A DNA stretch of 64,000 nucleotides from an uncultured bacterium (GCA_903847095.1 CAINCQ010000024.1:126618-190617), one strand, 5' to 3'; shown: positions 39,067-48,891, counted from the stretch's first letter. The notes: a model not told the origin generated them from the letters alone. Translations and numbers: made by a program.

Positions 39067-40287
39067 TTGACGGACATGAAAAAATATACTTTATTCACCG
39101 GTGCCGATTTCAGGGTTTTTTTGGCGGAAATGGCGATGCTTGGCGGGTATGACGACTTGGTTTTTTTACATAGCCGGCCTTTTGGCGGTATTTATATTTC
39201 GGAGGCCAATCAAAAGAAAACGGCTTCGGCCGGTTTCGAATTGTATTCCGATACCAAGGCGTTCAAGGATTTGATCAAAAAAGGCAATGACTATTCGGAG
39301 CGGGTGAAAGAATCGATCGCGCGCTATCCGGAAGCGGAATTCAATAATAAGACTTCGACGGAGCTAAAGCGGATCTTGAATGAATATTACGCCGTAGGGA
39401 TTCCGTTCCTTAAAATTTACAGCTTTACCGAGGGAATTTATTCGCCGCTGATCGATAGGACGATAAGGAGCTTTGTTTTTCAAAACATCAAAGAGGAAGA
39501 TCAAGCGGCGCGCGCGTTCGGGCTCTTATTGAATCCCATTGATAAGAAAAAAATCAGGGGCGAACGGGAGCGGATTTTCAAAGTTACGGCGGCGCCCGGT
39601 ATCATAATAGGCTTGTGCCGGTCGGTCCGGGAAATGGGGAAGGCCAAATTCGCGATGCGCAAAACGCTCAATCAAAGCTACGGATTTTTAACTTCTTTGC
39701 TCAAAGTTATTGCCCATAGGAATTATTTTTCCGAAGCGCAACTACAGGCGTGCAAGCATTGCGAAACCAACGCGATTCTGAATAAAAAAAAGATTGATAT
39801 CGGAGAGATCAATCAACGGGTAAAGTGTTTCGTGGCTCTTTGCCAAAACGGAAAACCCGAGTTTTTTACCGGAAAGGCCGCGCAAAAAATCATTAACCAG
39901 GTTAAATTCACTGTTCCAAAAAATTTAACGGAGTTTAAAGGAGATCCCGCGAGCGCGGGGCGGGCAGTCGGTCGGGTAAAGATCATTCCGGTGATCATGG
40001 CCAAGAGCGGCCAGGGGGTGCTTTGGGCGAAGATCAGGGAAATGGAAAAAGGGGATATCTTGGTTGCCAATACCACCGGACCGGAAATGGTGATGGCTTG
40101 CAAGAAGGCCGGGGCGATCGTGGCCAATGAAGGAGGGATCAATTCCCACGCGGCAATCGTTTCCCGCGAGCTGGGAATTCCCGGAATAGTGAATACCAAG
40201 ATCGCCACCCAAGTGTTGAAAGACGGTGATATCGTTGAAGTGGACGCGAACAGCGGAACCGTAAAGATCATTAATAAAGCAGCCTAG
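39067..40287 (+). CDS. PEP-utilizing enzyme mobile (phosphohistidine) domain protein with a novel N-terminal region
   Basis: C-terminus GDILVANTTGPEMVMACKKAGAIVANEGGINSHAAIVSRELGIPGIV matches the PEP-utilizing enzyme phospho-His signature exactly. Confidence 0.7.
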   Translation: MTDMKKYTLFTGADFRVFLAEMAMLGGYDDLVFLHSRPFGGIYISEANQKKTASAGFELYSDTKAFKDLIKKGNDYSERVKESIARYPEAEFNNKTSTELKRILNEYYAVGIPFLKIYSFTEGIYSPLIDRTIRSFVFQNIKEEDQAARAFGLLLNPIDKKKIRGERERIFKVTAAPGIIIGLCRSVREMGKAKFAMRKTLNQSYGFLTSLLKVIAHRNYFSEAQLQACKHCETNAILNKKKIDIGEINQRVKCFVALCQNGKPEFFTGKAAQKIINQVKFTVPKNLTEFKGDPASAGRAVGRVKIIPVIMAKSGQGVLWAKIREMEKGDILVANTTGPEMVMACKKAGAIVANEGGINSHAAIVSRELGIPGIVNTKIATQVLKDGDIVEVDANSGTVKIINKAA

Positions 40288-40292
40288 TGCCC

Positions 40293-40552
40293 CATTAACT
40301 TAATTTCGTCGATTTAGAACATTCAAATCCGGCCAGTTTCAATGAACGACGACGAAATTGTACGCCTCGGCGGTACATTGAGGAGGAGTGAAGCGGAAAA
40401 TGGCCGAATTTCAATGTTCCCGAAGGGCGGAATCTATTTAGCCTGTCTTCGTCGTTGCTCGTCGCTAATGTACCGCACAGGGTACATTACGCTCCTCGCG
40501 CCTAGAATTCAGGCCAAATAGATTCCGCTAAATCGACGAAATTAAATTAATG
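40293..40552. repeat. 260-bp element bounded by about 30-bp imperfect terminal inverted repeats (MITE-like or long structured hairpin)
   Basis: left agtgcccCATTAACTTAATTTCGTCGATTTAG versus right CTAAATCGACGAAATTAAATTAATGtggcact (18-bp perfect core); the interior is also largely self-complementary. Confidence 0.5.
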
Positions 40553-40595
40553 TGGCACTGGGCAAAAAAAAAGAGGAAGGTTAATGCCTATCCTC

Positions 40596-41195
40596 TTATA
40601 CGTCTACGGCTATATCGAATACCAATGGTTTGGCATTCGGCACATTAACAGACAGGGCGGTGGTGAGCGGGATGCCGACCAAGCTCAAGAGAGCCAGATA
40701 GGTTTCCGAGTGTCCCACCAGGACCACGGGTCCGTCAGCCGTTTTGAGTATCTCCAAGATCGCTTGGGCAGTTTTGGAAACATAATCCCGGCATGATTCT
40801 AACCCGGGCCAGCCTTTTTCGTACCAGTACCATTGCCAAGTCATTCCGCTGGCTTCAACGGCTGCCAGAAGTTCTGCGACATTCACGCCGGAAGTATCCA
40901 GGCTCGCTATCGATTCTTTTTTTGTCCACGGGACATTCAGCCCCGCGGAAAGGGTTGTGGCGGTTTCTGCGGTTCGGTTCATCGAACTGGCTACGATAAT
41001 CGTGGGTTTATATCTTCCTACCTTTTCAATTATCGCCATTACCTGGAGCAGGCCATCGCGCGTGAGATGCGGGTCGGAACAGTCCTTGTATATATTGACC
41101 AATCCGACTGATCCATGTCTCACGAAGATAACCTTTACCCTTTTTTTCTTATTTTTCCTCGAATCAGTTTTCAATAGAGCCACCTCCTTAGGCAA
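40596..41195 (-). CDS. Histidine phosphatase superfamily protein (SixA/PGAM-like)
   Basis: VIFVRHG motif, SSMNRTAETA, second catalytic His in VLVGHSE. Confidence 0.7.
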   Translation of the reverse strand: MPKEVALLKTDSRKNKKKRVKVIFVRHGSVGLVNIYKDCSDPHLTRDGLLQVMAIIEKVGRYKPTIIVASSMNRTAETATTLSAGLNVPWTKKESIASLDTSGVNVAELLAAVEASGMTWQWYWYEKGWPGLESCRDYVSKTAQAILEILKTADGPVVLVGHSETYLALLSLVGIPLTTALSVNVPNAKPLVFDIAVDV

Positions 41196-41235
41196 CCTAA
41201 TTAATTATAAAATAAAATTATTAAAAAGTCAAGAT

Positions 41236-42180
41236 ATGGAAAATTATAAATTCATTAGTTTTTTTGAACAAATTTCGGGCAGCGACGCAAAAACAGCCGG
41301 GGGAAAGGCGGCTAATTTGGGCAAGTTGGCCAAAGCGGGCATTCCGGTGCCGGCCGGGTTTGTGATTTTAGCCCCAGCTTTTTTGGAGATTGAAAAAACC
41401 ACGGATATCGGCGAAAAAATAAGAGCGGCTAAGGCAGGGATAGAAATCGGCGATGCCGAGTCGGTAAGAAAGGGGTCGGCAGCGATCAAAAAAATCATTA
41501 TGGCTGCGAAGGCGGATGATTTGGAAGAAGAAGCGCTGGCCGCTTTTGCGGCCTTGGGCGCCAAACGCGTTTCCGTGCGCAGTTCGGCTACCTCGGAAGA
41601 TTCCAAAAGCGCTTCCTGGGCCGGCCAGCTGGAAACGAATTTGAATATCGCTAAATTTGATTTAATCGAAAACATTAAAAAATGCTGGGCATCCTTGTAT
41701 GGTGAAAGAGCGTTGTTGTACGCAGCGGAACAAAAGCTGGAAGAGAAAAAGAATTCCGTGGCTGTAATCGTCCAAACAATGGTTGATTCCGAAGTTTCCG
41801 GCGTTTGTTTTACCGTTCATCCGGTTACGCAAAATAAAAAACAAATGGTTATCGAAGCGGTGTGGGGATTGGGTGAGAGTTTGGTTCAAGGATCGGTAAC
41901 GCCCGACCGTTATGTGGTGGCGAAAATCGGCCGGATAATCGAGGAAGTCGATGCCAACGACCAGGAAAAGATGATTACCCAAACAGTTAAAGGTGCGGAT
42001 TGGGCCAAGGTGCCGGCGGCAAAGCGATCGGCGCAAAAGCTGGCCGGTAAAGAGATCATTGAGTTAGGCGATTTGTGTTTAAAGATCGAACGGCTCTATA
42101 AATCGCCGCAAGACATCGAATGGGCCAAAGAAAAGGGTAAATTCTATATTTTGCAGACGCGCCCGATCACGACTTTATAA
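41236..42180 (+). CDS. Pyruvate phosphate dikinase-like PEP/pyruvate-binding (ATP-grasp, PPDK_N) domain protein
   Basis: N-terminus FFEQISGSDAKTAGGKAANLGKLAKAGIPVPAGFVI is typical of the PEP synthase/PPDK/rifampin phosphotransferase N-domain; ATG at 41236 avoids overlap with the minus-strand phosphatase. Confidence 0.7.
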   Translation: MENYKFISFFEQISGSDAKTAGGKAANLGKLAKAGIPVPAGFVILAPAFLEIEKTTDIGEKIRAAKAGIEIGDAESVRKGSAAIKKIIMAAKADDLEEEALAAFAALGAKRVSVRSSATSEDSKSASWAGQLETNLNIAKFDLIENIKKCWASLYGERALLYAAEQKLEEKKNSVAVIVQTMVDSEVSGVCFTVHPVTQNKKQMVIEAVWGLGESLVQGSVTPDRYVVAKIGRIIEEVDANDQEKMITQTVKGADWAKVPAAKRSAQKLAGKEIIELGDLCLKIERLYKSPQDIEWAKEKGKFYILQTRPITTL

Positions 42181-42239
42181 AATTTTTTGAAAACAGTGCT
42201 AAAAAAAGATAAACTGAATAAAGTCAATATACGCGTTTA

Positions 42240-43175
42240 ATGATATTGCCTAAAAATATGGATAACAATTTTAATCAAGACATCGGAGGTTCGAAGGGCA
42301 GGTTGTTTATGGCGTTCCTTGGGCTGGTTATCGTGATTTTATCGTCGATCATGATTTTCCTCTTCACTTCGGAACGGCCTTCGCCCGACCCCTTGGAGAA
42401 ATACGTGGCTGGTTTTGTGCTTGTTGTTTTTGCGATAATAATTTTTGTTCCGGCTCTTCTTTTTAAGCCTCAGCCAGCTGTCAAAAAAATATTTTTTCGT
42501 TTTGAAATTTTAACAGGGTTGGCTTTTTTAGCGGTCGGGTTTTTTTATAAAGATTGGTCTGTGGCGGTCTTTTTGGGTCTTGGCACAATCATTGCCAGTT
42601 TGATAAGCAAGTTTAGGCAGAAAAGAATGGAAAAATCCAGCGAACCGCTTTCCGATCAAACAACAGTTAACAATATTTCTTCTAAGGAGCAAAAACAGGT
42701 CAGGATTTTTTTTATGGTATTGTACAGTCTTGCGGCCATTTGTTCTTTGCCGTTTTTGTATTTTAGGTATCTTTACGTTCAAAATAACGTACCAGAACCA
42801 ATTACGGAACCCAAAACAAGCTTGGATATGATGGAAGCTGTTGCGATCGCAGAAGAGTCATGTATTAAAGGCGAAGAATTTCTTGGCCTTCCAGTCTTTA
42901 ACAAAGAAATCGAGGCTTGGGTGTTCGATATAAATCTTAGCATTGCTAAAGAAGGGTGCGAGCCGGTGTGCGCGGTTTTTGAAGATTCGAAAAGCGCGGA
43001 AATCAAGTGGCGCTGCGCTGGAGTTATTTCAGCGGTTGGTGATGAAACGGGAGTGATAACCAATTTTGAAAAATGCTTGGCGGCCGGTAATCCGGTTATT
43101 GAAACTTATCCCCGGCAATGCCGCGCTAATGGTGAAGCGTTTGTTGAACAAATTGTCGGACAAGAAATTAAGTGA
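42240..43175 (+). CDS. Hypothetical membrane protein with a C-terminal Cys-rich extracytoplasmic domain
   Basis: about 5 N-terminal TM helices; C-terminal 140 aa with 7 Cys. Confidence 0.4.
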   Translation: MILPKNMDNNFNQDIGGSKGRLFMAFLGLVIVILSSIMIFLFTSERPSPDPLEKYVAGFVLVVFAIIIFVPALLFKPQPAVKKIFFRFEILTGLAFLAVGFFYKDWSVAVFLGLGTIIASLISKFRQKRMEKSSEPLSDQTTVNNISSKEQKQVRIFFMVLYSLAAICSLPFLYFRYLYVQNNVPEPITEPKTSLDMMEAVAIAEESCIKGEEFLGLPVFNKEIEAWVFDINLSIAKEGCEPVCAVFEDSKSAEIKWRCAGVISAVGDETGVITNFEKCLAAGNPVIETYPRQCRANGEAFVEQIVGQEIK

Positions 43176-43236
43176 ACATTACGCAATTTCCTGTACGGAT
43201 TAAGTTCCGGCTATCGAAAGAAGGAATTTTAAAATT

Positions 43237-44136
43237 ATGCATTGGATCATTCCGGCGCTTATCGCGCCATTTTTGAACGCGATCGTAAACTTCATCGATA
43301 AATATCTGGTTACCAGGCAAGTTAAAAATTGCCTGGCGATGCAATTGTATACCTCGATTGTGAGTTTTTGTTTTGGGGTGCTCGTTTGGGCAGGGCTTGG
43401 TTTTCCTTCTTTCGGCGGTCTGAGCGTTTTTTATGGGCTGGCCGCGGGCGTGTTGTTTTCGGTCGCGGGAATCGGTTATTATTATGTGCTTTCCCGAAAG
43501 GATGTGAGCGATATGATTTTTCTTTACGCTCTGACACCGGTGTTTGTTTTTCTTTTTGCAAATTTCATTCTTCGGGAGGCGATATCATATAGCCAGTTTC
43601 TCGGTTTTTTACTGATTTTGTCAGCTGCGATATCGGTATCGGCGAGAAAAAAGGCGAATATTCCGCTGCTTTCATTTACCGCTTTTCTAATATTGGGGAT
43701 GGATATATTGTTCGCGCTGGCGATCGTGATGGTGAAGCTGGCATTCAACGCAAGTTCTTTTGCCGTTATGCTGGTTTATGAAGGCTGGGGATTGGGCTTG
43801 GGTGGAATTTTGATTTATTTTTTTTCCGCCAGGATGAGGAGTGCGTTTTGGGAAAATTTTAAAACCACGTCGGTTAAGGCATTTGGCATTATAGGAATAA
43901 GCGAAACTTTAACGGTGTTGTTGAACTGGATCGGTTATTACGCGTTATCGATTGGCCCGGTGGCTCTGGTGAGCGTGGTCGGTGGAGTGCGTCCTTTTTT
44001 TGCCATAATCCTCGGTTATCTGTTGACCCTGTTTATTCCTTCGGCTATCAGCGAGGATATTTCCAAAGAAACGTTATCGCGGAAAATTCTCGCCGCCATA
44101 ATTTTAACTATCGGCTTGTATTTTACTTATACTTGA
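43237..44136 (+). CDS. EamA/DMT superfamily transporter
   Basis: 10 predicted TM helices arranged as two 5-TM repeats. Confidence 0.5.
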   Translation: MHWIIPALIAPFLNAIVNFIDKYLVTRQVKNCLAMQLYTSIVSFCFGVLVWAGLGFPSFGGLSVFYGLAAGVLFSVAGIGYYYVLSRKDVSDMIFLYALTPVFVFLFANFILREAISYSQFLGFLLILSAAISVSARKKANIPLLSFTAFLILGMDILFALAIVMVKLAFNASSFAVMLVYEGWGLGLGGILIYFFSARMRSAFWENFKTTSVKAFGIIGISETLTVLLNWIGYYALSIGPVALVSVVGGVRPFFAIILGYLLTLFIPSAISEDISKETLSRKILAAIILTIGLYFTYT

Positions 44137-44273
44137 TATTTTTGAGGCGAAAGAATGAATGGATTAATTCACGGTAATCCCAAAAAAAAGTATGTTGATT
44201 TCTGATCCCTGAATTCTTGACGTTTTTGGAATAATAGATAAGTATCTAAGAAGAACATTGAGGAGGTAAGAAT

Positions 44274-44792
44274 ATGTGCCAAGAAAAAGGAGCGGAAAAA
44301 CCGATTGAATATAAAATGGAGTGGCAGAAAAAAAGAGATGAGTTTCGGGAAAGATGGAGTTTTGTCAGAAAGATCGACGAATACTCGATGAAGCTGATTT
44401 CCCTGCAATGGCAGGGGGATAACGTTTTTCATACCGGAAAGCGGGTGGATATGACGATTCCCGGTCCGGTGATCGATTTGGCCAAGGGTATTGCCTGCTG
44501 GAACACCCCGGTGAAGATCTTTATCCTTGGGAGCGGAAAATGCCGCGTGACGGTTACTAACGATTTGGATTGGAAGATTCAAAAGATCATTGACGCGTAC
44601 AGCAGCCAGAACGGCCGAAATCCGCCCGAATGGGAAAGGCGCCGGCTCTATATGGGCTATGACGGGATTTGTTTGAAAGGAGGGCCCGACCATATTGCTG
44701 ACATGGAGAAAGCCCAGAAATTTGGATATTTCCTCTGGTATCTTGCCGATGATTTCAAATGGGGATATGCCGGTATTGTAGCGGGGATATGA
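44274..44792 (+). CDS. Hypothetical protein
   Basis: strong SD (GAGGAGG) 7 nt upstream of the ATG; the overlapping minus-strand ORF 44169..44693 is rejected. Confidence 0.45.
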   Translation: MCQEKGAEKPIEYKMEWQKKRDEFRERWSFVRKIDEYSMKLISLQWQGDNVFHTGKRVDMTIPGPVIDLAKGIACWNTPVKIFILGSGKCRVTVTNDLDWKIQKIIDAYSSQNGRNPPEWERRRLYMGYDGICLKGGPDHIADMEKAQKFGYFLWYLADDFKWGYAGIVAGI

Positions 44793-44807
44793 ATCTCCGC
44801 TTTTTAA

Positions 44808-45065
44808 TTGTCAAAGCGTCAAAATATTGACGAATCTAAAAAAACAATTTACAATATAAATAAGGTGATTTGGTTGCAAATAGGGTTGATTTTGGCTGCT
44901 ACGGTGGCTTTCGGACTTGCCGCGCTCCTGTTTGGAGCAGCGACTGCGATCTCATACCGGCAGCAGAGGAAGGGATTAGCCGGGATCATGGCTATTGCCA
45001 CGGCCGTGATGTTGGCAATGGGCTGGTGTATTTTCAGCCCGATAGCCTGGTTGCCCTTGAAATAG
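44808..45065 (+). CDS. Hypothetical small membrane protein
   Basis: 85 aa with two TM helices. Confidence 0.3.
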   Translation: MSKRQNIDESKKTIYNINKVIWLQIGLILAATVAFGLAALLFGAATAISYRQQRKGLAGIMAIATAVMLAMGWCIFSPIAWLPLK

Positions 45066-45138
45066 CGAGCTGGCAAAGCGGATAAACATCTCCGTTTTTA
45101 TTTTATTCATTTTTTGTACTATTATTTAAGAAATAATA

Positions 45139-46395
45139 ATGGCTAACGAAACAAAACAATTTGACGTGGCGGTGGTTGGGGCCGGGCCGGCCGGGATGAT
45201 GGCCGCGGTCGCGGCGGCCGAGCTTGGCGCTCGGGTCATCGTTTTGGAAAAGAACAGCCGGCCGGGGATCAAGCTTATGCTTACCGGTAATGGCCGGTGT
45301 AATTTTACCAATGCCGAACAAGACATTCGCAAGCTGGTTGGCGCCTATGGGGACAATGGATCGTTTCTGTTCCACGCGTTTTCGCGTTTTGGTTCCAAAA
45401 ATATCAGAGCTTTTTTTGAAGGTATGGGGGTTCGCTTAAAGATCGAAGACCGGTTCAGGGTATTTCCGGAAAGCGATAGGGCTAAAGATATTCTGGATGC
45501 TTTGGAAAACCGTTTAAGATGCGCCGCGGTCGCCATTAAATATGAAACCGCGGTAACGGGTTTTTTGCGCGAAGGGCGCTTGCTTAAAGAAGCGGTTTTA
45601 AACGACGGAGCGGTAAAGGCCCGTAATTTTGTTATTGCTTCCGGCGGAAGATCTTATGAATTGACCGGTTCAACCGGGGATGGCTATCGCTGGGCGCGGG
45701 ACCTTGGTCATAAGGTTATCAAGCCCAAGCCAATGCTGGTGCCGGTAAAGATCAAAGAATTTTGGGTTAAAAATTTGTCGGGCGTGAGCCTAAAGAGGGC
45801 GGGGATCAGGATAGTCGAGAATGGCAAGAAGAGTCCGATGGCGATCGGGGAATGTCTGTTTACCCATTTTGGTTTGAGTGGTCCGCTGGTTCTTGATTTA
45901 AGCGGCCGGATCGGGAATGCGCTCAAAGGGGGGCCGGTAAAACTTTTGATCAGTTTCTTCCCTCAAAAAAGCCCGGCAGAGATCGAGCAGGATATCATAG
46001 CCGATCTGAAGAATGGGAAAAACAAGGAATTAAAAAACTGCTTTACGGAATTAATGCCCAAAATTTTAACCTCGGCCATCTTATCGCTGGCCGGAGTTGA
46101 TCAAGAAAAACACGCCAACAGTTTAACCCGGGAGGAACGGCAGAAGATTGTTTCTTTATTATTCCAAACGCCGGTAACGGCTACGGGTTTATTGGGTTTT
46201 GATCTGGCGATCATAACCGGCGGCGGGATCGATCCAAAAGAGATTGATGCGAAAACCATGAGGTCAAAGCTGGTTGATAATCTGTTCTTTGCCGGCGAGA
46301 TCATTAATGTTCATGGTGTTACCGGGGGTTATAATTTGCAGCAATGCTGGAGCACCGGTTATCTGGCCGGAACAGCGGCCGCGAAAAACTTTTAA
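45139..46395 (+). CDS. HI0933/BaiN-like FAD-dependent flavoprotein
   Basis: N-terminal Rossmann DVAVVGAGPAGMMAA...VLEKNSRPGIKLMLTGNGRCNFTN is typical of the HI0933 family. Confidence 0.7.
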   Translation: MANETKQFDVAVVGAGPAGMMAAVAAAELGARVIVLEKNSRPGIKLMLTGNGRCNFTNAEQDIRKLVGAYGDNGSFLFHAFSRFGSKNIRAFFEGMGVRLKIEDRFRVFPESDRAKDILDALENRLRCAAVAIKYETAVTGFLREGRLLKEAVLNDGAVKARNFVIASGGRSYELTGSTGDGYRWARDLGHKVIKPKPMLVPVKIKEFWVKNLSGVSLKRAGIRIVENGKKSPMAIGECLFTHFGLSGPLVLDLSGRIGNALKGGPVKLLISFFPQKSPAEIEQDIIADLKNGKNKELKNCFTELMPKILTSAILSLAGVDQEKHANSLTREERQKIVSLLFQTPVTATGLLGFDLAIITGGGIDPKEIDAKTMRSKLVDNLFFAGEIINVHGVTGGYNLQQCWSTGYLAGTAAAKNF

Positions 46396-46432
46396 GAAAG
46401 CAGGAAAATAATAACCAAGAATAAAACGGCTT

Positions 46433-47062
46433 TTATGAGCCGTTTGGTTTTTCATCGGTTTCTTCCCAGCCGTCCAGTATGCGCTTGGTGCCGATGGCGA
46501 TGTTGTCGCAAACAGGGCACTGGCAGAAATTTCCCGCCAGGATCAGGTCGCGCAACGTGTTTTCGCAAATGCCTTCTCCCAGGTTTGACGCGACCTTGAT
46601 GATGGCTGCCGCCAAATTCTGGAAGGCGAAGAATTCGCAATTTTTTGCGCGCAACCGGATGTTCTTTATCAGGAATTCAGCCTCGTTTTCGTTGACGTAC
46701 GTAATCAGCCCTTCGGCCTTTTTATACATCAGATGGCTCATCCGCTGGCATAGGACGACATGCGCCAGGTCGATAGGAAATTCCGTATCGATCAAGGCTA
46801 GCTTTACCGATTCTTCGAAATGGTAGCCAAGCGCTCCCAAGATCGTCAAGCCGGATTTTTTGTTCTGCATCTGTTCGGCGATCGCAGCCAGGGCGATGAA
46901 GCGGGGAATTTCCGTTGCGTAAGCCGGGCTGCCCAGAAGTTCGGATATGCAGCCTGCCATTTTGAACGGTTCGTCCCTGATCATGAGGCGGCCGAGCTTT
47001 TCGATCGTTGGTTCCCGGTTTACAACCGAGATCGTGCCTTTTCTTTCGGGAATATCTTTCAT
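46433..47062 (-). CDS. Hypothetical protein with a C-terminal Cys4 zinc-ribbon-like motif
   Basis: GGAGG RBS 6 nt upstream of the ATG at 47062; C-terminal C-x7-C-Q-C-P-V-C. Confidence 0.4.
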   Translation of the reverse strand: MKDIPERKGTISVVNREPTIEKLGRLMIRDEPFKMAGCISELLGSPAYATEIPRFIALAAIAEQMQNKKSGLTILGALGYHFEESVKLALIDTEFPIDLAHVVLCQRMSHLMYKKAEGLITYVNENEAEFLIKNIRLRAKNCEFFAFQNLAAAIIKVASNLGEGICENTLRDLILAGNFCQCPVCDNIAIGTKRILDGWEETDEKPNGS

Positions 47063-47211
47063 TTGATTCCTCCGTATACAGTAATTATAGAACAAAATTT
47101 AAAAATGTCAAGGATAATTCAGGCTTTACATTCCCACTGGCCGTATTATCATTATTCCCAGTTTTATTAAAAAGAGGGTTGAAAACGGAAAGGCGGGAGA
47201 AAAGAAGACGT

Positions 47212-47661
47212 TTGCAATTGGAAGTCATCAAATCGCTGGCCGGGTTTTTCGAAAAAAATGTTTGTTGGCTGGCCGGCGGATGGGCAGTTGAGGCCATTAC
47301 CGGCGTCCGGTTTTTTCACGACGACATCGACCTGTATTTTTTGGACGAATTCCGGGGTTTGTTGCCGGCGGAGAACGATTTTCTGGACATCCATATTGTT
47401 TCGAAGAAGCCAGACGGTTCGTATCGGCAAGTTACGATGGGTGAGGTTTTGCGATTCTCGAGCCACGCGTTCGAACTGAAGCCGCGGATTATTGCCGGGC
47501 TGGAGGTGAGAACCGTATCGCCCGAACTGTTGTTCGCTTTTGCCGACGGTTCGCCCGACCCGCGTTTTCAGGAAAAACGGACTCTTCGGTTGCTCCGCGG
47601 CATAAATATGGAAAAGGTCGGAGGAATCATTCAATACCTGCCCGAAAAATCGATAAAATAG
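47212..47661 (+). CDS. Minimal nucleotidyltransferase (Pol-beta superfamily; aminoglycoside 2''-adenylyltransferase-like)
   Basis: GGWAVEAITGVRFFHDDIDLYF is a G[GS]...D-x-D NTase motif; the start codon is uncertain (no in-frame ATG; TTG at 47212 after GGGAG). Confidence 0.4.
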   Translation: MQLEVIKSLAGFFEKNVCWLAGGWAVEAITGVRFFHDDIDLYFLDEFRGLLPAENDFLDIHIVSKKPDGSYRQVTMGEVLRFSSHAFELKPRIIAGLEVRTVSPELLFAFADGSPDPRFQEKRTLRLLRGINMEKVGGIIQYLPEKSIK

Positions 47662-47772
47662 CGGCACCCAAGAAGGTGCTTTTTTGTACAACCGTTTAAA
47701 CAATATCAACGGTGAGATGCTTGATTTTCTGTCTCAATGGATTAAACTTAGGGGAAATTACTTTTTTGCGAT

Positions 47773-48891
47773 ATGGATTACGATAATTTCGGAGCAAATA
47801 TTTCGGCTGATGACGCGGTAATGGCAAAAATGGATAAAACCGGCTTTGGTCTGCCTTTCTACGATCCCGGCCGTCATTATAAGGATGTGGCGACAAAAGA
47901 CTATTTCTTCGCTTTGCTTACTTTAAGGCATTATATCAAGCTTGCCAGCGACCATTATTTCTCATCGATCGTCGGGGCCAAAAACGCGGATCTTTTCATG
48001 CTGACCCCGAGTATTTCTTCGCCGAGCGGTTCTGGTTCCGATTCGGCCGCGATCAAGATAAAATTCGGCGAACTGGATACTTATCTGGTCGATTCTTCAC
48101 AGTTCGGGTTCGAGCCTTTGCTGTTGAACCATTTTACGAAGGTTTATTGCTATCTTCCGTCAATGCGCGGTGAAGATCCCGATGCCCGGCATTTAAACCA
48201 ATTTTTCCATTGCGAGCTGGAAATGAGGGGAACACTGGACGATTTGGTTCCCGTGATCGAAGGCTACGTGAAATATCTTTGCGAAACCGTTCTCGCGATG
48301 GACGCCGTTATTGAACGGATCAGCGGGGATCCAGGCAAGACCCGGTCGGAGCTCAAGAAAGTCGTCCAAGCCGGATTGTTTCCGACAATATCTTTCGATG
48401 ACGCGGTAAAAACTTTGGCGGACAATAAACGATCGGAATGCGTCAATTATACGGACCAGGGCCGGGATATCAACAGCCGCGGCGAGATCGAGCTGATGAA
48501 GATACTTGGAACGGACGGGCCGGTCTGGCTGAAAAATTTCGACCGCGATCGCGTTCCGTTTTACCAAAAGCCGGATCCGGCCGATCCGGAGAAGACGATC
48601 AATGCCGACTTGCTTTTTCCGCCGCTTTTGGCGGAAGCCTTCGGAGGAGAAATCGCGGGAAGCGGCCAGCGGCAGGACGATCCGGCCCAGATGTACGGGT
48701 CTTTGAAAAGACAGGGTGTATCGTCGGAGCCTTATGAATGGTATATCGATCTGCGGAGAATGCCGGGTTATCTTTCCACGTCTGGATTTGGTTTGGGTAT
48801 CGAAAGGTTCCTGGCGTGGGCGCTGGCCAAGGAAAAGATCGGCGATGTGATCCCATATCCGCGTTTAAAAAACATTGAAACCAAGCCTTAA
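47773..48891 (+). CDS. Class II aaRS catalytic-core paralog (AsnRS/AspRS-like; archaeal-type asparagine synthetase A-like) lacking an anticodon-binding domain
   Basis: motif 2-like RGEDPDARHLNQFFHCELEMRG and motif 3-like SGFGLGIERFLAWALAKEKIGDVIPYPR (compare AsnRS GGFGLGxERL...RDVIPFPR); no N-terminal OB fold. Confidence 0.5.
   Translation: MDYDNFGANISADDAVMAKMDKTGFGLPFYDPGRHYKDVATKDYFFALLTLRHYIKLASDHYFSSIVGAKNADLFMLTPSISSPSGSGSDSAAIKIKFGELDTYLVDSSQFGFEPLLLNHFTKVYCYLPSMRGEDPDARHLNQFFHCELEMRGTLDDLVPVIEGYVKYLCETVLAMDAVIERISGDPGKTRSELKKVVQAGLFPTISFDDAVKTLADNKRSECVNYTDQGRDINSRGEIELMKILGTDGPVWLKNFDRDRVPFYQKPDPADPEKTINADLLFPPLLAEAFGGEIAGSGQRQDDPAQMYGSLKRQGVSSEPYEWYIDLRRMPGYLSTSGFGLGIERFLAWALAKEKIGDVIPYPRLKNIETKP

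Noticed and set aside
40957-41235. Upstream extension of the PPDK_N ORF starting at 40957
   Set aside because: The extension overlaps the minus-strand histidine-phosphatase gene and lacks homology. The ATG at 41236 aligns with the conserved N-terminus of the PPDK_N domain.
44169-44693. 174-aa minus-strand ORF
   Set aside because: The overlapping plus-strand ORF 44274..44792 has a strong GAGGAGG RBS and continues the plus-strand gene series; the minus ORF has no RBS.
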